In this document: positions 1-9,606 of the stretch, piece by piece | How the letters are laid out: every line of letters begins with the position of its first letter | Position numbering within the stretch: the stretch's first letter is position 1 | Assembly (NCBI GenBank): GCA_015523565.1 | Contig: WAKA01000053.1 | Location: 1 to 20,466, forward strand | Reading direction: 5' to 3' | Source: Candidatus Heimdallarchaeota archaeon | Lineage (GTDB): Archaea; Asgardarchaeota; Heimdallarchaeia; Heimdallarchaeales; Kariarchaeaceae | Length of the DNA: 20,466 bases | Notes under the pieces: model-generated | Seen by the model: the letters and a program-made list of their open reading frames with translations, nothing else | Told to the model about the DNA's origin: nothing | Databases searched by the model: none | Made by a program: the position numbers and the translations under genes

Positions 1-273
1 GGCACCAGTTTTAGCGCCCCTGCATTGGCCGCAGCCGCACTTTTTGTTTCATATGCCTATGGTCTTGGGTATTATTCTGTAAAAGGCTATTGGAAACTCC
101 CATCTCTTCAGTTGCTGTTGACTCTCCTTAAAAATGCTGATGGATCCAATGCATGGACTCAGTATCTGGGATGGGGCTATGTTCATGTTGTTGATGGATA
201 TTACAATGCACTAGACAGAGGACAGCAGGACGCATCGCAACCTGGCGGTGGCTGTGCCTGTCGGCTTTTGTGA
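1..273 (+). CDS. S8 (subtilisin-like) serine protease, C-terminal part (5'-truncated by window edge)
   Basis: Frame +1 is open from base 1 and reads GTSFSAPALAAAALFV, matching the subtilase catalytic-Ser motif GTS(M/F)(A/S)AP. It is followed by the typical terminal YLGWGYV segment. Stop TGA at 271-273. Confidence 0.8.
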   Translation, partial: GTSFSAPALAAAALFVSYAYGLGYYSVKGYWKLPSLQLLLTLLKNADGSNAWTQYLGWGYVHVVDGYYNALDRGQQDASQPGGGCACRLL

Positions 274-283
274 GGTGAAAAAA

Positions 284-1012
284 ATGAAATATGCTTATAT
301 ACTGTTTGCTCTTTTGCTCATTGCCAACATTGGCTTTGCATCTGCCCATGATCCCCCTTGTGGTGAAAATTTGGGGTCTGTGGATTATAAGGAGACTCTT
401 GAATTTGACCGCCCGACTGTTTATAACAGAACCATCACTTATGGTTCAGATATGAACCATTCTACTTCTCTACTCTTCTTTTTTATACTTTCCTTGAATG
501 CATCTTCTCCAGAATTCCTTTACCAAAACTTGACGGTGGTCATCCTTTTCAATGAAAGTATTCCTGTTTTCCCATCCTATGATCAATATGAGCAAATGCA
601 AGATTCACATGTGGTGAATACATCCTATCCTGACAAAATGGATTACAACCAGTCTGGTCCGATTGTCCTACATCTGACTGTTTCAAATCAGACGATAAGC
701 AATCAGTTCCCCGTATTATGGTTCCCATTTGTCCAAAATAAGGAAGATTACCAATTGGTTGACGATGAATATTTTGTTTACAATGGAAGTGCTTCAAAAC
801 TAAAAACGGACGACCCCTTCACAATCAATGTTGTGTATTATTTTGAAGGCAACTATTCAGCCATGTTCTTTGCCCATGGTCAATCATTTACTACAAATTG
901 GATGTGCAATGAAAACTTGCAGTCATCCAAATCAAGTTCAAGCTTATCATTGCTTGGGTTGTTGGGGTTGATTCCCTTAATTATGGTAAATAAAAAGAAA
1001 AAAAGAAGTTAG
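284..1012 (+). CDS. Exported, C-terminally membrane-anchored glycoprotein of unknown function
   Basis: ATG at 284 follows the SD-like GAGGTGA (272-278). Signal peptide MKYAYILFALLLIANIGFASA, 10 N-x-S/T sequons, a Ser-rich linker, a hydrophobic C-terminal helix and a basic tail (NKKKKRS). Confidence 0.75.
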   Translation: MKYAYILFALLLIANIGFASAHDPPCGENLGSVDYKETLEFDRPTVYNRTITYGSDMNHSTSLLFFFILSLNASSPEFLYQNLTVVILFNESIPVFPSYDQYEQMQDSHVVNTSYPDKMDYNQSGPIVLHLTVSNQTISNQFPVLWFPFVQNKEDYQLVDDEYFVYNGSASKLKTDDPFTINVVYYFEGNYSAMFFAHGQSFTTNWMCNENLQSSKSSSSLSLLGLLGLIPLIMVNKKKKRS

Positions 1013-1206
1013 CTCTTTTTTCGAATAACCTCTTGTTTTTATAGGGGGTCCACTAAAATTTTATTGTTTATTAAAACTAATGTTCTAAATAGATGAGTAA
1101 ATTGGCTGAAAAATAAAATAATGCTTTATCATAATTATATGTATAAATCCAAAAAAATTCGATTTCTTAGGAGAAGGGTTAATTTTTCTAGCTTTATCTC
1201 TCGAAT

Positions 1207-3582
1207 GTGGAACGTTCATTTTACGAGCTGTTGCAATCAATTTTTCTTGGGGAGCGAATGAAGGGATCGTCTGGCTTCATTAATCTGATGGCAATGAAAT
1301 CCCGCTATTACACCGAAGTTGTCTTTCCATATCTAAAAAATGAAATTGTCCAAATTCTCCGTGAATTTCCTGATTTCAAGGAAGAACTATATGAAAAACT
1401 GTACACCTTTTTTAGAAGATACTTTAGTCCTACTGGCTCATTGTATTTCCACAAAACTCTGCCTAACCTTAGCATTTATGATCGGATCTATACGGATGAC
1501 AGGGATGTAATTCTGTTTTGGAAAACACATATGCTGTACTATGTAAAAAGTGATTTTGTATATCGGAATCTTGAAGTAAAGGTTGGGGATGCCATTTTTT
1601 ATTTTGATGTCTCTGTTTTGTCCCACAAGATGTATTCCGAAAAACGTCGGTTATATTATGATCCTGTTAAAAAAGAGGGACAACGATTCATTGTTCATGT
1701 TTCTGCAGAAGGAGGATCCAAAAATCCTGTGGCTGATCTTTCCAAAAAATTCAATCTTCCTGAATCAGTGGTTTCCCGTGCTTTATTGATTTTTGAGAGA
1801 CAAGCAGAGGTTGATTATTTTATCGCAAAAAATCTGGGCGTATTTCTGCGCGAGCAATTTGATCTTTGGATGTATGAATATATCTTTTCAGGAATGGATC
1901 ATTGGTCTAAAAGTAGAATCAAGCAACTTTCATCGCTTCGTCGAATTGCATCAAAACTTATAGACTATATTGCTGAATTCGAGAATGAACTTGTAAAAAT
2001 ATGGAATAAGCCAAAATTTGTATTGAATTCACATTATGTCATCTCATTGGATCGTATAAAAGACTTGAAACCCTTTTTATCTCATAAAGGATTTATCAAA
2101 CAAGTTGAAGAATGGAAAAATTTTGGCTTCCTCACTGAAGAATTCAATATCCAAGACCTATTTGACGCAAATGGTTCACTTTCCCCATCATTTCAATATC
2201 TCCCTTTAGATACCAAATACTTCCCTGATCTTAAGGGTAAATTGGAACGTCAAGGTCTTTCATTGGATGGGTGGTTAATTAAGAGTGAGAACTATCAGGC
2301 ATTGAAAACCCTGTTACCTCGATTTGTTGGTCGCGTCCAATCAATCTACATTGATCCACCCTTTAATTTGGAAAAATCCTCCGATTTTATTTACAAGGTA
2401 AACTATAAGGACAGCACATGGCTGACAATGCTTGAAAACCGTATTCGGCTTGCACGAGACCTATTAGCCAACAGTGGTTTCATTTTTGTTAGGTGTGACC
2501 ACAACGGAAACATGTTGGTTCGCTTGTTGCTTGATGAAATATTTGGACGTGACAATTTCAGGAATGAATTGATCCTTAAACGTGCAGGGACACCCCAACG
2601 TATCTTGGATAATAGGTTTGAACATGAGACAAACTCCCTCTTTCTTTATTCAAAGGATTCTGATTCGAGAATAAAACCCCTTACACAGGAAAAGCAAAGG
2701 AAATTGAAATGGCAAGAAATGTCATTGCACAAGGAAAACAAGAATAAACACACTGTAACAATAAATGGTGAGACATTTTATGCCCCTCGTGGTCGGCATT
2801 TTCCTTCACAATCCTATGTCGATGGGTTGGTCAAGGAAGGACGAATACGAATCAAGAAAAAGGAATATGTCGACGTATTTGGGAAAACAAGATCTCGAAT
2901 CCCTGAATATTTGGAAAATCCCTATGAGGTCATAAAATCCGATTGGACAGATATTGCAAGCTTTGTACAGTCTTCCCGTATTACTGGTGAAAATACTGAA
3001 GCAGTCGTCAAACGTTCAATTCTTGCAACAAGTGATCCTGGGGACATTGTCATGGATTTCTTTTTAGGAAGCGGTACAACTGTCGCGGTTGCACATAAAT
3101 TGGGAAGAAAATGGATCGGTGTAGAGATGGGAGAACACTTCTGGTCTGTTGTCCTGCCTCGTATGAAAAAGGTTCTTTTTTATGACAAAAGTGGTATTTC
3201 AAAAGATTCTGATGTCCGAGAACATTATAACCACAAATCTGCAGGAGGATTCTTCAAGTATTATGAATTGGAGCAATACGAGCAAACTCTAAAAAAATGT
3301 ATATACTCTGATAACGAACCGCTTTATTTTGACGATGGAGATTTTCGCTATGTGTTTTTGAAGGACAAGAAGTTGATTGATGGTCTTTCTATTCAAGGCA
3401 ATAAAGTCAATATTGTAATAGATAATTTATTCAAAGATATTGACCTTCCAGAAACCCTTTCAAATCTGATGGGCATTGACCTATTGTCCATTGACCTTCC
3501 GTATGTCTATTTTGCAAATGGAACCAAATTGGATTTGGACAATTTGGATTGGAAATTATTGAAACCGCTTATTTGGTGGTAG
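1207..3582 (+). CDS. mod: Type III restriction-modification DNA methyltransferase (Mod subunit, amino-MTase beta class)
   Basis: Catalytic motif IYIDPPFN precedes the SAM-binding motif DFFLGSGTT, with a variable TRD between them. Long N-terminal extension. Directly upstream of a Res helicase-nuclease. Confidence 0.92.
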   Translation: MERSFYELLQSIFLGERMKGSSGFINLMAMKSRYYTEVVFPYLKNEIVQILREFPDFKEELYEKLYTFFRRYFSPTGSLYFHKTLPNLSIYDRIYTDDRDVILFWKTHMLYYVKSDFVYRNLEVKVGDAIFYFDVSVLSHKMYSEKRRLYYDPVKKEGQRFIVHVSAEGGSKNPVADLSKKFNLPESVVSRALLIFERQAEVDYFIAKNLGVFLREQFDLWMYEYIFSGMDHWSKSRIKQLSSLRRIASKLIDYIAEFENELVKIWNKPKFVLNSHYVISLDRIKDLKPFLSHKGFIKQVEEWKNFGFLTEEFNIQDLFDANGSLSPSFQYLPLDTKYFPDLKGKLERQGLSLDGWLIKSENYQALKTLLPRFVGRVQSIYIDPPFNLEKSSDFIYKVNYKDSTWLTMLENRIRLARDLLANSGFIFVRCDHNGNMLVRLLLDEIFGRDNFRNELILKRAGTPQRILDNRFEHETNSLFLYSKDSDSRIKPLTQEKQRKLKWQEMSLHKENKNKHTVTINGETFYAPRGRHFPSQSYVDGLVKEGRIRIKKKEYVDVFGKTRSRIPEYLENPYEVIKSDWTDIASFVQSSRITGENTEAVVKRSILATSDPGDIVMDFFLGSGTTVAVAHKLGRKWIGVEMGEHFWSVVLPRMKKVLFYDKSGISKDSDVREHYNHKSAGGFFKYYELEQYEQTLKKCIYSDNEPLYFDDGDFRYVFLKDKKLIDGLSIQGNKVNIVIDNLFKDIDLPETLSNLMGIDLLSIDLPYVYFANGTKLDLDNLDWKLLKPLIWW

Positions 3583-3595
3583 GGGGATAGATGCA

Positions 3596-6505
3596 ATGAC
3601 AGAAGAAAAACGCATGATATTAAGGGAAATCCTTCAGTCAATCGATTTTGAAACTTTACCCCCTAATTGGACCCAACATGACCTTTTGTCTTTTTCCCCT
3701 GCCAAATCTCTTTGGTTCCATCAAAGGGAAGCATTGAAACATGCAATAATGACTCTTTGGAAATACTATGAAAATATTGATGACTATGTTCCAGAGAATG
3801 AGGTTACTGATATTCGAAAATTGGCTATGCTTTCTGAATATGCAAAAAGGGGTGTGAGCCAGACAAAAGTAAAGGTTCCAAAGAAAATCAGGGATATCGT
3901 CCGTGACGTTTATGGTATCGAAAATGGCTCGCTTTCATTGGTTCATCTGATCAACAGGGTTTCTTTTTGGATGGCAACAGGCAGCGGAAAAACCCTTGTA
4001 ATTGTCAAGTTAATGCAAATCCTTTGGGAACTGATGAAACGGGGTGAAATCCCTAAAAATGATATTTTAGTGCTTGTTCATAGGGATGACTTAATCGAAC
4101 AAATCATGCGGGCTGTCAGGGAATTCAATACTATTTGTCCAACGAAAATCATAATGCGAGACCTAAGGCAGTACCCTGGAATGAAACGACAAATGTCACT
4201 TGAAGAAATAATTCCTGTCTATTATTATCGATCCGACAATCTTGACATTGAGCAGAAAGTCAAAATTGTTGACATCATGAGGTATGAAAACGATGGAAAA
4301 TGGTATGTCATCCTTGATGAAGCACATAAGGGCGATACAAAGGATTCAATCCGAAAGCTTCTCTATAGTATTATGGGAAGAAACGGATTTCTTTTCAACT
4401 TTTCTGCCACATTCGTCGATGATCTCGATCTGGAAACATGTGCATATGAATTTAATCTCGCACGATTCATTGAGAAAGGTCATGGGAAACAAATCTATGT
4501 GATGTCTCAGGAAACAATTATGCTTACCAAGGAGAAATACACTGAATTTGAAAAGCAAGTTGCAGTTCTTAAGTCATTACTCATGCTCGCGTTTGTTTCA
4601 ATTTGCCGTAATCGTTTATTGGAACAAGGGTCTCTTTCTTATCATCTCCCACTGAACATGGTATTGGTGGATAAGGTAAATACAAGGGATGCAGACCTTA
4701 AAATATTCTTTCGCATTCTTTCTGCTGTCTGTACTGGGAAAATCGAAACAGGCACCTTCTCCAAGGCAAAAGCAGACCTTATCAGGGAATTGCGAAATGG
4801 GGCTTCCTTGACCATCCCAAATATTAAAACCACCTTTGATTTAAGTATCATCCAAAAAATGGACATTCCCCAATTACTTCATACGGTTTTCCATTCCAAA
4901 ACTCATGGCGAGATTGAAGTCATCTATTCCAAAAAGAGAAAACAAGAAATTACATTGAAATTAAAAACTTCAACCAAACCATTTGGTTTGATCAGAATTG
5001 GTGATATCTCAAAATGGCTAAAAGAAGAGCTTCATGGTTATGCAATTCAAGAACGTTTTCTTGACCGCGGTGTATTTGAAACACTTAATGAAAACAACTC
5101 TTCAATTACAATCCTTATGGGATCCAGAAGTTTTTATGAAGGATGGGACTCCAATCGCCCAAATGTTATAACGCTTATTGGCATAGGCAGCCGAAATGCT
5201 GGAAAATTTGTCCTCCAAAGCATTGGGAGGGGAATAAGGATTGAACCCATCCCCCACCACAAAAAACGCCTCAAATTTCTTGAAATTGGCGTAACAGCCG
5301 ACCAATACCTTGTCAATGCCATAGAAACCCTATTTGTTATCGGTACAAAGAAAAAAGACCTTAAGATCATCCTTCTTGAACTTGAACGTGAAAAAAACAT
5401 CGTCGGCAATAAGATTGAAGGGATTTCCATTAATGAAATAGCTCATAAAAAACCATTGCTCATCCCTGTTTATTCCTCTACAAATAAAGATGCCCTTCCA
5501 ATTATCTCCCTTTCTCCCAATGACTTTAAAATGTTGCAGGCTTTCCTTGGATCCGCTTCTGATGATCGTTTATTATTAATGCGGTATGCTCAATATCTTT
5601 CAACAACGGATGCAATCAATCAGTTGACTAAACTTCGAAAATGGGTTGAACATAGTCAACATAGACCTTCTGATCGCAATTATGGGGATCTGGATTCAAT
5701 TATGAGACATGTAATTTTGGGATTGGACAACGTTCCTCATACCCTTAAGGAATTGAAGGAATTGGATGTGGAAATTGACCATTTCAACAAAATTGCAGTG
5801 CACCTCAAAAGGATTGACCTTGACATGCTTCATCAAAAGGTAATGGAAATAAGTGATGCAATTCTGGAAATATCTTCCTATCCAAAACGAATTTCAGAAC
5901 TCCAAAAAAAAGCAGAAACCCTCTCCCCCGAAAAATTTTTGGAACAAATGGGAAAGATCAGAAAATCAATTACAATCCCATTACAGGGATCTTCTATCAT
6001 TGAAATACATTATGTTGATTATTCATATTATTATCCGGTTTTAATCGCCCAAGGCAATCCAAATCTCTTGTCACACGCTATTGATGTAGAAAGTGAGATT
6101 AACTTTATCCGTTCCTTCATTTCGTATGCTACAACCATTTTCAAGGACTTTGATTGGGTAATCATGAGCCGTATCGACGAAAAAGTTGACAAGGTCTTTA
6201 TCCCTTATTTCAATCCCAAATCAAATAAAATAAACCGTTTTTTCCCTGATTTCATCCTCTGGGCTGTAAAAGGCAATGATTATTCAGTAATTTTAGTGGA
6301 TCCAAAAAGTACGGAATATGTTGATGGTTATCGAAAAATTGAAGGATTTCAAAAAATGTTTGAATCCAATGGATCTCCAAAAACTTTCCAGTACAAAAAT
6401 TATAATGTCCGATTTTACTTAAAATTAATGACTCCTGATAAGAATCGTGTTCTATCTCCCTACAAAAAATATTGGTATTCACAAATTTATGAGATTGTGG
6501 AATGA
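3596..6505 (+). CDS. res: Type III restriction endonuclease Res subunit (SF2 helicase-like ATPase + PD-(D/E)xK nuclease)
   Basis: Walker A MATGSGKT, Walker B ILDEAH, motif III FSAT, FYEGWDSNRPN, QSIGRGIR, and C-terminal FFPDF...VDPKS nuclease motif. 13 nt downstream of mod. Confidence 0.92.
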   Translation: MTEEKRMILREILQSIDFETLPPNWTQHDLLSFSPAKSLWFHQREALKHAIMTLWKYYENIDDYVPENEVTDIRKLAMLSEYAKRGVSQTKVKVPKKIRDIVRDVYGIENGSLSLVHLINRVSFWMATGSGKTLVIVKLMQILWELMKRGEIPKNDILVLVHRDDLIEQIMRAVREFNTICPTKIIMRDLRQYPGMKRQMSLEEIIPVYYYRSDNLDIEQKVKIVDIMRYENDGKWYVILDEAHKGDTKDSIRKLLYSIMGRNGFLFNFSATFVDDLDLETCAYEFNLARFIEKGHGKQIYVMSQETIMLTKEKYTEFEKQVAVLKSLLMLAFVSICRNRLLEQGSLSYHLPLNMVLVDKVNTRDADLKIFFRILSAVCTGKIETGTFSKAKADLIRELRNGASLTIPNIKTTFDLSIIQKMDIPQLLHTVFHSKTHGEIEVIYSKKRKQEITLKLKTSTKPFGLIRIGDISKWLKEELHGYAIQERFLDRGVFETLNENNSSITILMGSRSFYEGWDSNRPNVITLIGIGSRNAGKFVLQSIGRGIRIEPIPHHKKRLKFLEIGVTADQYLVNAIETLFVIGTKKKDLKIILLELEREKNIVGNKIEGISINEIAHKKPLLIPVYSSTNKDALPIISLSPNDFKMLQAFLGSASDDRLLLMRYAQYLSTTDAINQLTKLRKWVEHSQHRPSDRNYGDLDSIMRHVILGLDNVPHTLKELKELDVEIDHFNKIAVHLKRIDLDMLHQKVMEISDAILEISSYPKRISELQKKAETLSPEKFLEQMGKIRKSITIPLQGSSIIEIHYVDYSYYYPVLIAQGNPNLLSHAIDVESEINFIRSFISYATTIFKDFDWVIMSRIDEKVDKVFIPYFNPKSNKINRFFPDFILWAVKGNDYSVILVDPKSTEYVDGYRKIEGFQKMFESNGSPKTFQYKNYNVRFYLKLMTPDKNRVLSPYKKYWYSQIYEIVE

Positions 6506-6578
6506 TGATGAATCAAATAAACAGTTTCAATAAAATCAAATGACTTGTTTTATTACCCGCTTTAATTTTTCATTGAGT

Positions 6579-7517
6579 TTATTGGCTTTTGACTTCCTTT
6601 ATTTTCTCAATCAGTTTTGGAACCGCTTTGAAGAGGTCTGCAACAATGCCGTAATCTGCCACCTTGAAGATAGGTGCTTCCTCGTCCTTGTTGATTGCTA
6701 CGATTATGTCTGAGGTAGACATTCCTGCAAGATGTTGGATTGCTCCTGAAATACCAACTGCAATGTACAGCTTAGGTGAAACAAACTTTCCAGTCTGTCC
6801 AACCTGTTCAGAATGTGGTCTCCAGCCTGCATCGACCACTGCCCTGCTTGCCCCAACTGCTGCTCCTAAAACATCTGCAAGCTCTTCAATGAGTTTGAAG
6901 TTTTCTGGTCCACCAACCCCTCTTCCTCCTGAAACAATGATGTCTGCCTCAGTAAGCTCGATCTTGTCTGTCGACGCGGCAAGTACTTCTGTAAGCTTTG
7001 CTTTTTGATCAACTTCACTTGCTTCGACAGAAATATCATTGACTTCTGCACTTCCTTCCCCAAACTCTGGTGTATCAAATACACCTGGTCTGACGGTTAC
7101 AACTACCTTGGGTGCATCAACTTGGATTGTCGACAAAATTTTGTTACCATGGATGGAACGGACAAATGTCTTGCCATCAACAACTTTTGTAATATCTCCT
7201 GCATATGCTGCATCAAATTTGACTGCTAATCTAGGTCCTATTTCTCTTCCCCAAACAGTGCCTGGAAGCACATAGTAATCTGCTTCAACGCTTGCTATTG
7301 CTTTTGCAAATACGGATGGATTGTATGGGTCAATTTCCGCTTTGTAAACCTTACTAAAGCCTATCTTGCCTGCATCCGCTATCGTTGCATCAAGATCCCT
7401 GCCAAGCACTATTGCAATATATTCATCGCCTCCCATTGCCTTTGCCGCGGCTGCGGCTTCCAATCCTGCCTTTACTGTTTTTCCGTTATAAGATTCAAGA
7501 AATACTGCTACTTTCAC
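6579..7517 (-). CDS. etfA: Electron transfer flavoprotein alpha subunit
   Basis: FAD-binding motifs IVSGGRG, VGASRAVVDAGW, QVGQTGK, LYIAVGISGAIQHLAGM and IVAINKDEEAPIF. Confidence 0.97.
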   Translation of the reverse strand: MKVAVFLESYNGKTVKAGLEAAAAAKAMGGDEYIAIVLGRDLDATIADAGKIGFSKVYKAEIDPYNPSVFAKAIASVEADYYVLPGTVWGREIGPRLAVKFDAAYAGDITKVVDGKTFVRSIHGNKILSTIQVDAPKVVVTVRPGVFDTPEFGEGSAEVNDISVEASEVDQKAKLTEVLAASTDKIELTEADIIVSGGRGVGGPENFKLIEELADVLGAAVGASRAVVDAGWRPHSEQVGQTGKFVSPKLYIAVGISGAIQHLAGMSTSDIIVAINKDEEAPIFKVADYGIVADLFKAVPKLIEKIKEVKSQ

Positions 7518-7518
7518 C

Positions 7519-8301
7519 TTAGATCACCTTCTCCTTATTGTGCAATGCATCTACAAGTTTCTCCACTGCCTCGTCCAAATCACCCGTGAAAATAACTCCT
7601 CCTTTCTTGGCAGGTGGGAACTCTACTTTTATCTGTGTAACCTTTCGATTTGCTGTACCTGCGAACTCAAGATATCCAGATCCGTCTTTCTCATCCACTT
7701 TCTTTCTCTTCGCCTTCATGATGTCCGGCAATTTTGGATACCTTGGTTCATTTAGCCCCTTGTCTGTGGTTACAATGGCTGGCAAGGTAATCTCAAATTT
7801 CTCTTTCCGGGCTGTAGCGTCTCTAGTTACAATTATCTTGCCTTCTTCTGCCTCCAACCCTGAAATCTCCGCAACAACAGGCATATTGAGCAATTCACCC
7901 ACAGCAGGACCAACGAAGCTGTCTGCTGTATCCGTTGCAAGTCTGCCTGCAAATACAAGATCTGGTTGCAATGCCTCCAATTCCTTTGCAAGCACTTTGG
8001 CTATACCAAGTGGATCACTGTTTGCCAAATCCTCATTGTTCACTAGGACTGCATCATCTGCACCCATTGCCAATGCTTTCCTGATGACTTGACTTTCAAC
8101 TCCTTTTCCAAGGGTCAGAAGCGTTACAGTGCCTCCTAATTTCTCCTTGGTCTGAATGGCCGCCTCCAATGCATATTCATCATATGGCGAAGGTATCCAC
8201 TCAATGGAGTCATCGTAAACTACATCCTTTTCATCTTCCCTGATCTGGAAACGTGTCTCCGTATCAGGAACTGCTTTTAACATGACGACGATTTTCATCA
8301 T
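7519..8301 (-). CDS. etfB: Electron transfer flavoprotein beta subunit
   Basis: Motifs KAVPDT, PYDEYALEAA, ALAMGAD, FAGRLATD and NEPRYP. One nucleotide from etfA, so an operon. Confidence 0.96.
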   Translation of the reverse strand: MMKIVVMLKAVPDTETRFQIREDEKDVVYDDSIEWIPSPYDEYALEAAIQTKEKLGGTVTLLTLGKGVESQVIRKALAMGADDAVLVNNEDLANSDPLGIAKVLAKELEALQPDLVFAGRLATDTADSFVGPAVGELLNMPVVAEISGLEAEEGKIIVTRDATARKEKFEITLPAIVTTDKGLNEPRYPKLPDIMKAKRKKVDEKDGSGYLEFAGTANRKVTQIKVEFPPAKKGGVIFTGDLDEAVEKLVDALHNKEKVI

Positions 8302-8438
8302 GGAAATTTTGCCTGCCCGCTTTTTTAGATTTATTATAAAATCCCATAATTTACGCGTTAGAATGAAAAAAATTTATGATTCTTGGTCAAACTCCTTGCA
8401 ATTTTATTGCAAAATGAACATTCTTTCTGATCACGAGG

Positions 8439-8444
8439 TTTAAA
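8439..8444 (+). promoter_or_regulatory. Probable archaeal TATA box of nurA (leaderless or near-leaderless transcript)
   Basis: TTTAAA lies 24-29 nt upstream of the GTG start at 8468, and no SD is visible. Confidence 0.4.
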
Positions 8445-8467
8445 TGTCCAACTCTTGAATTAATCTT

Positions 8468-9586
8468 GTGCAACCCAAGCTGGATATCGACGAAATTTAT
8501 GAACTCGCCGACATGATTGCCTCTGATATTCTGGAAACTTCCTCGGCAGTTGACCTCCTTTCAAATATTGAAAACCCAAACTGGAATGAGATTCCTAAGC
8601 CCTCTTCACGTGATTTGGTATTTGGAAGTGTCGATGGTGGAAATAGAGCTGCACAGGGTCGAGGAGTCTATCTAATCTATTCCCAAGCCGCTGGTCGATG
8701 TATGGGTACTGGGAACACTCAAACTCCAAAAGACCTTCCATGGATCATTAAACGCTATGGTGTTAAAATTTCCACTGGTGGACCGTTTGTCTCTGATTTG
8801 TCCTCAAGAATCCGCGAAAGACTTGAATTGAGTGTTGCTACAGATCTTGTTGAAAAATATGCTCCTGATTATCTTCTCTTGGATGGAACTCTTGTAGGGC
8901 TTTTTATTGTAGGAATTCCAACTCGTGTCATTGTCTCCAGAAATGAGGATCCTGAAACCCTAAATGATGATCTGACCCTATTTAAAAAAGAGTTAATTGC
9001 ATATGGTCATGTTATCCTGGAATTTTTTGATGCAATTGATAAATATGGAACTCGGGTTATCGGTCTATCAAAGGATAGTTATAGCAAAATCTTTGTTCCT
9101 GAAGAACTCCTGCAAATTGGCATTAATGATCCAGTTTACTTCTCCATTATTTCAAAAGGCAAACCTGGTTATTCTCATATACTTACTGATTCAGGGTACA
9201 GTCGACTTTCTCAACTGAAAATAGAGGAAACAGGTAAACCCTTTCTCCTTGAAATGTGGGCACAGGATGGGATTACAATCTCTCGTGACAACACCAACGT
9301 TAACATATTCTTTGCAAACTTGATAAGGAATGGTGAACCTGTCAGAATTGATTACTTCTCTAATATAACTGCTTCTCCAAAAGAAATTTTGGCTGATCTG
9401 CTTAATGTCTCTGACGGAAAGGATTGGTTCATCCCCCCTAGACTCGCCCACGAACGTGCAAAAGTCAAGTCCGACCTTTTCAATGGTTTCTTAAAGCAAG
9501 TCTACAAAAGAATTGCCAAAAATAATCCTGATCTTGCAAATATAATGCTGGGATCAACTAGACGACAAAGAACCCAAGGTGGTTGA
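8468..9586 (+). CDS. nurA: NurA-family 5'-3' nuclease
   Basis: NurA RNase H-like motifs GSVDGG, RERLEL, YLLLDGTL, IGLSKDS and C-terminal PPRLAHERAK. Confidence 0.85.
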   Translation: MQPKLDIDEIYELADMIASDILETSSAVDLLSNIENPNWNEIPKPSSRDLVFGSVDGGNRAAQGRGVYLIYSQAAGRCMGTGNTQTPKDLPWIIKRYGVKISTGGPFVSDLSSRIRERLELSVATDLVEKYAPDYLLLDGTLVGLFIVGIPTRVIVSRNEDPETLNDDLTLFKKELIAYGHVILEFFDAIDKYGTRVIGLSKDSYSKIFVPEELLQIGINDPVYFSIISKGKPGYSHILTDSGYSRLSQLKIEETGKPFLLEMWAQDGITISRDNTNVNIFFANLIRNGEPVRIDYFSNITASPKEILADLLNVSDGKDWFIPPRLAHERAKVKSDLFNGFLKQVYKRIAKNNPDLANIMLGSTRRQRTQGG

Positions 9587-9606
9587 GGGTTGCCTGATTC
9601 TCTATT

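Noticed and set aside
248-283. GTG start at 248 for the surface protein
   Set aside because: It overlaps the protease gene. ATG 284 has an SD and begins a clean signal peptide.
1207-6505. Phase variation of the R-M system
   Set aside because: No tandem simple-sequence repeat was seen in mod. The A8 run in res (5904-5911) is unremarkable in AT-rich DNA.
6503-6511. TGA TGA TGA at the end of res as possible Sec/readthrough
   Set aside because: Res is complete before it and no coding continuation follows, so these are most simply tandem stops.
6664-8092. Long + strand ORFs (6664-7008, 7039-7275, 7538-8092)
   Set aside because: Antisense shadows of etfA/etfB with Ser/Thr/Ala-biased sequence and no motifs.
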